Positions 32,830-40,728 of a DNA stretch of 42,257 bases are shown here, piece after piece; within the stretch, counting starts at the first letter, position 1, and each line of letters begins with the position of its first letter. The DNA is from an uncultured Melioribacteraceae bacterium (GTDB lineage: Bacteria; Bacteroidota; Ignavibacteria; Ignavibacteriales; Melioribacteraceae). Under the pieces are notes generated by a model. The model saw only the letters and a list, made by a program, of their open reading frames with translations. It ran no database searches and was not told where the DNA came from. Location of the stretch: contig CAYXXW010000001.1 of the NCBI GenBank assembly GCA_964469115.1, forward strand, positions 12,824 through 55,080, given 5' to 3'. Position numbers and translations under genes: made by a program.

Positions 32830-33267
32830 TTATTTTTCCTTAAGAAATCCTTTTACTGCAAATTCATCCATTTCTTTTTGTTCAAGTTTTTCTTGAGTTT
32901 TTATAAAATCTGTAAAATGTTTTTCTTCAAGTTTTTCAAATGTTTTTGTTTCTTTTGATTTATTAACTAACTCTTGTAACTTTTTATTTCTCTCAATCTT
33001 TTTATTAGTTATATATTTACGAATTAGCTCAATTTGTTCAACTAAATAACTTTCATACTTTTCATCAAAATGGTATTCTTTAATCGTCTTACTTTTTTTT
33101 TCGAGTTTCTTTTTCTTTTGCTCTTTCAATAGAGTTACTAATTCTAATATTTTACTATTATTTTTCGCAATGTCTACATCAATAACAGCAAGCTCTTTCT
33201 GTGTTTTCTTCTCGAGTCTTTGTTTTATTCCCTTTATCGTTTCGAATTTATATTTGAACTTTGCCAA
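32830..33267 (-). CDS. fliJ: Export chaperone/stalk protein FliJ
   Basis: This is a 145-aa K/E-rich coiled-coil protein with N terminus FKYKFETIKGIKQRLEKKTQKELA. It lies directly after fliI. Confidence 0.75.
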   Translation of the reverse strand: MAKFKYKFETIKGIKQRLEKKTQKELAVIDVDIAKNNSKILELVTLLKEQKKKKLEKKSKTIKEYHFDEKYESYLVEQIELIRKYITNKKIERNKKLQELVNKSKETKTFEKLEEKHFTDFIKTQEKLEQKEMDEFAVKGFLKEK

Positions 33268-33270
33268 TTA

Positions 33271-34605
33271 TTAAACCAACGGTTTTTCAATTAAATTTTC
33301 TAACTGTGAAATCGTTTCACTATAATTTGCGCCTTCATTTATATCCTGCTTCATAAATTCTCTTAATGATTGAATTTTATTTAGTGCATGATCTATTTGG
33401 GGATTACTTCCCTTAACATAAGCACCAATATTTATTAGGTCCTCTGCTTCGTTATACGCTGAAAGTATTTCATTGAATTCCATTGCTCTGCTTCTATGAT
33501 CAGGTGGTACAATATCGGGCATAACACGGCTAATACTTTGCAAAGGATCAATTGCCGGGAACTGTCCTTTATTTGCAAGCTTTCTACTTAATACAAAGTG
33601 ACCGTCCAATATTGAACGCACGCTATCAGCTATTGGGTCGCTCATATCGTCACCATCAACCAGCACAGTGTAAAATCCGGTTATACTTCCGGTTGATGAC
33701 GTACCCGCTCTTTCAAGAAGTTTTGGCAGCACAGAAAATACTGAAGGGGTATAGCCTTTAGTTGTTGGTGGTTCGCCAATTGTAATTCCAATCTCTCTTT
33801 GAGCATGAGCAAATCGGGTTACCGAATCCATCATTAAAACAACATCTTTACCAAGGTCCCTGAAATATTCGGCAATTGTTGTACCAATATAAGCAGCTTT
33901 AATCCTTGCTAACGATGGTTTATCACTTGTCGCAACTACAATTATGGATTTCTTTAAACCTTCTTCACCCAAATCTTTTTCGATAAATTCTTTAACCTCT
34001 CTCCCACGTTCACCCACAAGGACGATTACACTTACATCGGCATTTGTATTTTTTGCTATCATACCAAGCATTACACTTTTACCTACGCCACTGCCAGAAA
34101 AAATGCCGACACGCTGACCTTTACCTACTGTTAGCAATCCGTCAATTGCTCTAACACCGGTTTGAAGTGGTGTGCTTATCCTTTTCCTACTCAGTGGATT
34201 TGGTGGTTCCCTATATGAATTGCGCATTGATGCAAATTCAATTTCTCCTTTCCCATCAATGGGATTACCAAATCCATCAATAACTCTACCAAGCAGTTGT
34301 TCACCAACACCAACAGAGAAACTTCTGCCTGATGCAACTATTTGGCATGAAGGTGCAATATTTTGCATTTCCCCTAGTGCAATGGAGAGTACTTTCCCTT
34401 CTTTAAATCCCACCACTTCAGTCTGACAAATTTCTTTTCCAGCACGATCAATGATTGTACAAATTTCCCCAAGAGAAACATTTGGACCAACTGACACAAT
34501 TATTGCTCCAATAACATCAGTCACTTTTCCGTTAAGTTTTATCGGATTAGCAAATTCAATTACTCTATTGTACTGGTTCAATATTTCTTCGGTATATTCT
34601 GTCAT
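33271..34605 (-). CDS. fliI: Flagellum-specific ATPase FliI
   Basis: It has Walker A GIFSGSGVGKSVMLGMI, Walker B VVLMMDSVTRFAHAQREI and a F1-beta-like fold pattern. Confidence 0.97.
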   Translation of the reverse strand: MTEYTEEILNQYNRVIEFANPIKLNGKVTDVIGAIIVSVGPNVSLGEICTIIDRAGKEICQTEVVGFKEGKVLSIALGEMQNIAPSCQIVASGRSFSVGVGEQLLGRVIDGFGNPIDGKGEIEFASMRNSYREPPNPLSRKRISTPLQTGVRAIDGLLTVGKGQRVGIFSGSGVGKSVMLGMIAKNTNADVSVIVLVGERGREVKEFIEKDLGEEGLKKSIIVVATSDKPSLARIKAAYIGTTIAEYFRDLGKDVVLMMDSVTRFAHAQREIGITIGEPPTTKGYTPSVFSVLPKLLERAGTSSTGSITGFYTVLVDGDDMSDPIADSVRSILDGHFVLSRKLANKGQFPAIDPLQSISRVMPDIVPPDHRSRAMEFNEILSAYNEAEDLINIGAYVKGSNPQIDHALNKIQSLREFMKQDINEGANYSETISQLENLIEKPLV

Positions 34606-35276
34606 TCTGATTCTATTTTTGTAAAACTATTTTCTAAATTTTTAACAATTTCATTTAACTGAGATTCTACTCTTGCGTCAAGATTACCTATTTCAGATTC
34701 AATCAAACATCCGCCAATTTGAATATTTTCATTAGACTCGTATTTTATTTTTGAACCACCGGAAGAAGCTAAATATTCTTTACTACTCTTCTGAATAAGT
34801 TTATAATCATTAGGATTTAGTTTTATTATTATATCATTGGCTCCAATTATTTTTCTTAAATTTTGATCAAGTAATTTTTCAATCATAGAATTTTCATTAA
34901 GTTCTTTCTGTAATATTTTTTCAGCTATTCTCGTAGAAACTTTAATTACCAGTGAATGGAAATCATTCTCAAATATTTCGAACTTTTCTTCAAATGTTGA
35001 AACTATACTGTAAAAATCTTTTGATTGATTAAGCAGCTCATCCGAATGTTTTTGTTCAAGTTCTTCGGTCACATTTTTTTTAGCATCCTCATATCCTCTT
35101 CTGTATTCCTCTTCCATCTCATGCTTATGTGCCTGCTCAATTTTTTCTTTTTCCAGTATATGTGGTAACTCGTTATAGTTATCCTTAGTATCATTGTAAT
35201 CTGGAATAAATGCTTTAATTTTCTTTGACTTTATATTTAATTTTATAGTATCAGACATAAACTTCTTCGGAACCAC
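34602..35276 (-). CDS. fliH: Export ATPase regulator FliH
   Basis: The E/K-rich middle and the C-terminal GGCLIESEIGNLDARVESQLNEI are typical of FliH. It sits between fliG and fliI. An alternative ATG lies at 35258. Confidence 0.8.
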   Translation of the reverse strand: MVPKKFMSDTIKLNIKSKKIKAFIPDYNDTKDNYNELPHILEKEKIEQAHKHEMEEEYRRGYEDAKKNVTEELEQKHSDELLNQSKDFYSIVSTFEEKFEIFENDFHSLVIKVSTRIAEKILQKELNENSMIEKLLDQNLRKIIGANDIIIKLNPNDYKLIQKSSKEYLASSGGSKIKYESNENIQIGGCLIESEIGNLDARVESQLNEIVKNLENSFTKIESE

Positions 35277-36297
35277 CGCCTCTGAAACTAATTGTTACTT
35301 CGTCTTGCTCTTCAAGTTGTTTAATCTGATCTACAACTCTGCCTTGTGCAGCTTCAACTTCTTTAAGTTTAACCGGTCCCATAAACTGAAGCTCTTCTTT
35401 TAGCAGATCAGCAGCTCTTTCGGACATATTTGAAAAGATTTTTTCTTGTACTCTGTCATCAACAACTTTTAATGACAAAGCAAGATCTTTACGATCAATT
35501 TCTTTTAGAATTCTTTGAACATCTCTGTCTTGTAAATGAATTATGTCATCGAACAAGAACATTAATCTTTTTATTTCTAATCCTACATCTTCATCTTTAT
35601 CTTCAATAGATGAAATAATTTCCTTATTCATAGAAATATTGATTCGGTTTAATATATTTGCTACGCTCTTTGTTCCGCCAAGCTGACCCATAGTCTGATT
35701 GATAGAAAATCCAGCAAGCTCATCAACAACTTTTTCTATTTGAGTTAGTGTTTGCGGGGAAATTTTACCTAGAGTTGCAATTCTATAAACTACTTCAGTT
35801 CGTAAATCTTCTGATAATTCAACAAGGGCCTCTGCTGTTTGATCAGGATTCAAATGTGCTAAAATCAGAGCAATTGTTTGTGGATGTTCTTTACTTAAAA
35901 AATTAACCAGTTGAGTTGAATCAGCTTTTTTAAGAACATCAAATCCGTGAAGAGTAGTAAGATTCTTAACCTTACCAATAACTTCCATAGCTTTAGAAAG
36001 ACCAAAAGATTTTTCTAATACTTGCTGCGCAAAATCAAGACCGCCTTCAAGCACATACTCCCTTGCCGTCACAAGATCATGATAATCATCGATTACTTGC
36101 TCAACAACATTTGAAGGAATATTTTTTACTTTAGAAATTTCTGCTGAAATTGATTCAACATCGGTCGGCTCTAAATACTTAAATACTTGAGAAGCCGTTT
36201 CAACGTTTAGAGCTATTAACAATAAAGCTGATTTTTGTATTCCGTTTAAATCACTTTTTGAAATAGCATTATTTTTTATTTGTTCACTCGTACTCAT
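35251..36297 (-). CDS. fliG: Rotor/switch protein FliG
   Basis: It carries GIQKSALLLIAL, EHPQTIALILAHL and the C-terminal torque-helix region SERAADLLKEELQFMGPVKLKEVEAAQ. Confidence 0.96.
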   Translation of the reverse strand: MSTSEQIKNNAISKSDLNGIQKSALLLIALNVETASQVFKYLEPTDVESISAEISKVKNIPSNVVEQVIDDYHDLVTAREYVLEGGLDFAQQVLEKSFGLSKAMEVIGKVKNLTTLHGFDVLKKADSTQLVNFLSKEHPQTIALILAHLNPDQTAEALVELSEDLRTEVVYRIATLGKISPQTLTQIEKVVDELAGFSINQTMGQLGGTKSVANILNRINISMNKEIISSIEDKDEDVGLEIKRLMFLFDDIIHLQDRDVQRILKEIDRKDLALSLKVVDDRVQEKIFSNMSERAADLLKEELQFMGPVKLKEVEAAQGRVVDQIKQLEEQDEVTISFRGGGSEEVYV

Positions 36298-37897
36298 TTT
36301 CCTTCAACCATGAATTTATTAATTTAGCTGCTTCTGCAGGATTTTTACTTACGTAGTTAGTGATTTTATCTTGCTTCATTTTTTTCATTGCCGCTTCATC
36401 GGTTATTTCATCCTCGATATCTCCCATCTCAAATAAAGGCCTTTTATTTTTCTTGCTTTTAGTTCTGCTTGTCCCAGGGTTCCAAACCGGAGCATTAGAT
36501 AGAGCATCGAATGATTGATCAGAATAACCGTCGGCACCAACCGTTCCGATCATAATTCTTTCGTCTTTCAATTTTTTTAATAATCCTTTAAGCACAAATA
36601 GCGCACCCCCAATTGCAAGAAATATTAAGATATAATTTATGTACGGCTCAACACTGTTAACGGAAGTCCCGTTGCCAATGAATTGATCTTCATATTTATT
36701 TGTCTCGAATGGAATACTTACAAGTGAAATTACATCATTACGTGTATCATCAATTCCAACCGATTGACGCAGTAATAATTCAAGCTGCTGTAATTGTTCT
36801 TTGGACCTTGGTTCGTTTACTATTTCGGTTGTTTCTCCATTTTGTACTTCTCTGTTAATACCATTTATTACGGCTGCAACTGTTATTCTTTGGATGTTAC
36901 CACTACCTTCTATCATGTGCTCAATTGTCTTACTAAGCTCATAGTTGGTTGTTGTCGATTCAGTAAATACTGCGTTTGAATCACTTAAACTCTTACCGCT
37001 GCTGCTGTTTTTTGATGTTTGCTCACTTATGGCAATCTGAGATTCAGGATCAATAGTTTCTAAAGTTTTTTCGATTTGTTTAAAATCAAGATCAACATTT
37101 ACCTTTACATCAGAATTATCATATCCAACTATTTTATCAAGTATAGTTTGAGCTTTATGGGCAAGATATTTTTCAATACTACTTTTAATTTCGTATTGCT
37201 TACCGCTATTTATTGCTAGTTGACTATCTTCAGACTTCTTCGAGAGTAATCTTCCTTTATTATCAATTATAGTTACATTGGTTGGATCCAAACCTTCAAC
37301 ACTTGATGCGACCAAATTAGTTATTGCCATAATACTATTTTGAGGTAATAAGTAACCTGACCTCAGTTTAATAACCACCGATGCTGTTGCTTCTCTCTGT
37401 TCATCTTTAAATACTGCTTTTTCCGGTGTTACTATATGCACTCGTGCATTTTCAATTCCATCTTGCTGAAAAATTGTTCTGGAAATTTCTCCTTCAAGTG
37501 CACGTTTGAAATTTATCTTCTGCATAAATTCAGACATACCAATGGTATTTTTATCGAAGATTTCATAACCAATCATGCCAGATGATGGTATGCCTTTACC
37601 GGCAAGTGCCAAGCGAACTTCGTAAACATCAGCTTTGGAAACACTAATTGAGTTTCCTCCATTTTCAATTTTATACGGAATACTTTGGCTGCTCAGGTAA
37701 TTTACAACTTCCGATGCTTCTTCTTGAGCTAGATTGCTGTAAAGAGTTGTGTAAGTCGGTTCGTTAAATGCAAAAAGTATAAATATCAATAAGACAACTG
37801 CAACAACAGAAATTCCACCCAACATCAACCTTTGCTGCATGGACAACTTATTGAATATACTTATTAAAGCTGTGTAGGTATCTTTTGCTTTATCCAC
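36284..37897 (-). CDS. fliF: MS-ring protein FliF
   Basis: The 537-aa product has N- and C-terminal TM segments. The YscJ/FliF ring motifs are SIPYKIENGGNSISV and ALAGKGIPSSG. Confidence 0.95.
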   Translation of the reverse strand: MDKAKDTYTALISIFNKLSMQQRLMLGGISVVAVVLLIFILFAFNEPTYTTLYSNLAQEEASEVVNYLSSQSIPYKIENGGNSISVSKADVYEVRLALAGKGIPSSGMIGYEIFDKNTIGMSEFMQKINFKRALEGEISRTIFQQDGIENARVHIVTPEKAVFKDEQREATASVVIKLRSGYLLPQNSIMAITNLVASSVEGLDPTNVTIIDNKGRLLSKKSEDSQLAINSGKQYEIKSSIEKYLAHKAQTILDKIVGYDNSDVKVNVDLDFKQIEKTLETIDPESQIAISEQTSKNSSSGKSLSDSNAVFTESTTTNYELSKTIEHMIEGSGNIQRITVAAVINGINREVQNGETTEIVNEPRSKEQLQQLELLLRQSVGIDDTRNDVISLVSIPFETNKYEDQFIGNGTSVNSVEPYINYILIFLAIGGALFVLKGLLKKLKDERIMIGTVGADGYSDQSFDALSNAPVWNPGTSRTKSKKNKRPLFEMGDIEDEITDEAAMKKMKQDKITNYVSKNPAEAAKLINSWLKENEYE

Positions 37898-37899
37898 TG

Positions 37900-38190
37900 T
37901 TATGACATCCTAGTTAATTCTTTATACATGTCTACTGTTTTATTTCTGATCTCCATCAGTAATTCCAAACTAGTTTTTGCTTTTTGTCCAGCTATCATTA
38001 CCTCGTGGAGTTCAACATCTTTTCCTTCAATATAATCTGTGGTAATTTTTCTGGATTCAAATTGATCTGAATTAACTCCCTTTACAAAACCACCGAGCAT
38101 ATCATTAAACTCAGAATTTTTAATTTGCTTAGGTTTTTCATTTTGAGTTGGAAGCTTTGGTATAAAATTTCCGATTCCAGATATTTTCAT
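37900..38190 (-). CDS. fliE: Basal body protein FliE
   Basis: The 96-aa product carries FNDMLGGFVKGVNSDQ...LHEVMIAGQKAKTSLELLMEIRNKTVDMYKELTRM. Confidence 0.9.
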   Translation of the reverse strand: MKISGIGNFIPKLPTQNEKPKQIKNSEFNDMLGGFVKGVNSDQFESRKITTDYIEGKDVELHEVMIAGQKAKTSLELLMEIRNKTVDMYKELTRMS

Positions 38191-38191
38191 T

Positions 38192-38434
38192 TTATCCTCT
38201 CTTATCGAATAATGAACCTAAAGAAACACCTTTCTTGTCACCATCTTTATTGTAAAAATGATAACCATCAATCTGCTCTTTATTTTCAGGGTACATATTT
38301 GTGAAAAACTTTTTTTCTTCATTTGTAACTCTTAGTGAATCTTCATTTTTCTTTATTTCTACTTTATTAACATTATTATTTTGATTTGCTCTAATAGGAT
38401 TATAATTACCAAATGAGTTAGTAGAAATCTTCAT
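38192..38434 (-). CDS. Hypothetical 80-aa protein inserted between flgC and fliE
   Basis: The ORF exactly fills the flgC-fliE gap: its ATG directly abuts the flgC stop and its stop lies 1 nt before the fliE ATG. The product is hydrophilic with no TM segment. The N-terminal half is loosely FlgM-like (MKIS.N.FG.YNP...N...DSLRVTNEEKK), but the sigma-28-binding C-terminal pattern is absent. Confidence 0.5.
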   Translation of the reverse strand: MKISTNSFGNYNPIRANQNNNVNKVEIKKNEDSLRVTNEEKKFFTNMYPENKEQIDGYHFYNKDGDKKGVSLGSLFDKRG

Positions 38435-38932
38435 TTATATCTCCAAAGAATCTTTTGCAATTTGCTTGGCAGCATTAAAAGCTGTTAGGTTAGCTTCAAA
38501 ACTTCTTGAAGCAGAGATCATATCAACCATTTCTGTTATAACATTTACATTTGGCATATGAACATAACCTTCTTCATTTGCATCTGGATGGTCAGGCATA
38601 TAAACTAATTCACCTTCACTATTATCAACATTTTCCATAGCATTAAAATTTATATTATCCGGTTCTGAAACAGTATTTTGAGAAAGACCAGAAAAATGAT
38701 TTTTATTTACTGCCTTAAATCCTATATCGGGCATCTTAAAGAATTTAGTATTCTGAAAACTATTCTTTTCAAATTCTACACTTACATACTTTCTCTTATA
38801 AGGTGTTCCATCTTCAGTCCTTGTTGTACTAGTGTTAGCAATATTTTCGGTAATGAGGTCCATTTTTTGTTTCTGGATACTCATTCCCTTGCTGCTGATT
38901 TGAAAAGCGGAAAAATTCGGATTAATCTTCAT
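38435..38932 (-). CDS. flgC: Proximal rod protein FlgC
   Basis: It carries FQISSKGMSIQKQKMDLITENIANTSTTRTEDGTPYKRK and the C-terminal PNVNVITEMVDMISASRSFEANL. Confidence 0.95.
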   Translation of the reverse strand: MKINPNFSAFQISSKGMSIQKQKMDLITENIANTSTTRTEDGTPYKRKYVSVEFEKNSFQNTKFFKMPDIGFKAVNKNHFSGLSQNTVSEPDNINFNAMENVDNSEGELVYMPDHPDANEEGYVHMPNVNVITEMVDMISASRSFEANLTAFNAAKQIAKDSLEI

Positions 38933-39288
38933 TATTTACCTCCTCTAATAATGCCTTGCAGAGTTTGATAATAACCGTTAATTTTTTGGGATGCGAACTT
39001 AAACATGATCGAGTTTTTTGCTAATTCTGCCATTTCTTTATTTACATCAACACTATTCCCGTTTGAAATCATTTCACTTTGCTCATCAATTTTGACTGTA
39101 AATTCAGAATTACTTTCTTGGGATTTTGATAAATTTTTCATCCCATGGTTGAGTAATTCTTTAAATTCGACATCTCTGCGCTGATAATTTTTAGTATTAG
39201 CATTAGCAATATTTTGGCCAATAACTTTATGCTTAAGTGCTGTGTAGTTTAAAAGTTGTTCTAAGTTCTTATTTGAAGGAATTGGCAT
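38932..39288 (-). CDS. flgB: Proximal rod protein FlgB
   Basis: It carries LKHKVIGQNIANANTKNYQRRDVEF and the C-terminal NSVDVNKEMAELAKNSIMF. Confidence 0.93.
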   Translation of the reverse strand: MPIPSNKNLEQLLNYTALKHKVIGQNIANANTKNYQRRDVEFKELLNHGMKNLSKSQESNSEFTVKIDEQSEMISNGNSVDVNKEMAELAKNSIMFKFASQKINGYYQTLQGIIRGGK

Positions 39289-39318
39289 TTTTTATCCATC
39301 TTTTTTTTAATGGATTAC

Positions 39319-39333
39319 TCAAAACTAATGCCA
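39319..39333 (-). promoter_or_regulatory. Candidate sigma-54 (-24/-12) promoter for the flgB-flgE operon
   Basis: The minus strand reads TGGCATtagttTTGA, 30 nt upstream of the flgB ATG, inside the 118-bp spacer. It is the same motif at the same spacing as upstream of fliL. Confidence 0.35.
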
Positions 39334-39406
39334 GTTTTATGTTTGGTTTTATGTAGTTTTTAAGGTGATACTCGAATTAAATTGGCTAAAATTAGTCAGT
39401 TGATAA

Positions 39407-39652
39407 CTATTCTTCACTATAATCTAGTAAAACAGACTTAGTTTCTCCGCATGAGCAGACAAATTTTATTTCCTTAATGTTGTCTTCAGCATCTTTATTT
39501 AAAATGATTTTAACACCCTCGTGACTCTCTTCTTCAATTGTAATTTTGCTTGTGCCAACAATTTCAATTTCATCTGAATTGATTACATTGCCATTTTTTG
39601 ATGATCCTTTAAAGGATATTTCCTTAAATATTTCTTCGTTAAAATTGTACAT
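39407..39652 (-). CDS. Hypothetical 81-aa acidic protein downstream of cheB
   Basis: The ORF starts 2 nt after the cheB stop. It has a C-terminal KFVCSCGETKSVLLDY motif. I recognise no family. Confidence 0.5.
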   Translation of the reverse strand: MYNFNEEIFKEISFKGSSKNGNVINSDEIEIVGTSKITIEEESHEGVKIILNKDAEDNIKEIKFVCSCGETKSVLLDYSEE

Positions 39653-39654
39653 AA

Positions 39655-40728
39655 TTAAATCGCCTTATTTATAATATTAGGAATTTCCTCTAATGAGGCA
39701 ACAACATCGGCTAATCCGTTTTCTATAATTGCTCTTGGCATACCATAAACTACACAAGATTCTTCATCTTGTGCGATGCAATGTCCGCCAGCAGCTTTAA
39801 TTTTTTTAATACCATCCAACCCATCTTTACCCATACCGGTCATTATTAAACCTAAAATATTCTTGCCATAAGCCTCGTGTAATGAGTGGAGCATTACGTC
39901 TACAGATGGTTTGTGGAGAACATCATCGGGTTTATCTGAAATTTTTATTGTTATGTTATTTACTTTATCTGTTTTAAATTTAAGGTGAAATCCGCCAGGA
40001 GCAATATACACTACCCCATTTCGTACAACTTCATTATCTTCTGCTTCCTTTACTTGGAGCGGACTCAAAGAATTAAGCCTGTCTGCGAGGGACGCCGTAA
40101 ATTTAGGCGGCATATGCTGAACTATAAAAATTGGTATATTTATTTTCTCAGATAATAACGGCACAACTTTTTGTAATGAAATTGGTCCCCCAGTAGAAAT
40201 ACCAATGGCTAATGCACTATAACGCAACTTAGGTAATTTAGATAACGCTGGTTTCTGAATCTTTAATTTTTTATTATCATTAGAGCTAGTTCGACTTATT
40301 TTTTTAGCTACTGCTTTACTACTGTGAATAGCCTTAACTTTACTAACTAACTCATCCTTAATACTTGTTATTGCAACACTAACAAAGGACATTTCCTTAG
40401 GGATGAAATCAATAGCACCTAATTCTAATGCTTTAAGAGTAGTATCCGCGCCTTCTAGTGTAAGTGAACTCACCATTAAAACGGGTGTTGGGCATTCCTT
40501 CATTATAATTTGAAGTGCCGAAATGCCATCCATGTTCGGCATTTCTACGTCTAATGTAACAATATCCGGATGGAGAGTTTTTATTTTTTCAATCGCAATA
40601 AGTCCGTCACTTGCAGTATCAATTACTTTAATTTGCGGATCTGATTCTAAAAGTAATGTCAATGATTTTCGCATGAAAGCGGAATCATCAACCACAAGTA
40701 TTTTGATCTGTTCAGCCATTTTATCCAA
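39655..40728 (-). CDS. cheB: Chemotaxis methylesterase/response regulator CheB
   Basis: It has a receiver domain (ILVVDDS, TLDVEMPNMDG) and a methylesterase domain (AIGISTGGP, IVQHMPPKFT, GMGKDG). Confidence 0.95.
   Translation of the reverse strand: MDKMAEQIKILVVDDSAFMRKSLTLLLESDPQIKVIDTASDGLIAIEKIKTLHPDIVTLDVEMPNMDGISALQIIMKECPTPVLMVSSLTLEGADTTLKALELGAIDFIPKEMSFVSVAITSIKDELVSKVKAIHSSKAVAKKISRTSSNDNKKLKIQKPALSKLPKLRYSALAIGISTGGPISLQKVVPLLSEKINIPIFIVQHMPPKFTASLADRLNSLSPLQVKEAEDNEVVRNGVVYIAPGGFHLKFKTDKVNNITIKISDKPDDVLHKPSVDVMLHSLHEAYGKNILGLIMTGMGKDGLDGIKKIKAAGGHCIAQDEESCVVYGMPRAIIENGLADVVASLEEIPNIINKAI

Noticed and set aside
39319-39326. Bacteroidota-type sigma-A -7 box (TAnnTTTG = TAGTTTTG) as the general promoter model for this cluster.
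   Set aside because: Only the flgB spacer fits it. The fliL and orf69 spacers do not have TAnnTTTG at the equivalent place, whereas all three share the TGG(C/T)AT-N5-TTGA layout. It is retained only as an alternative for flgB.
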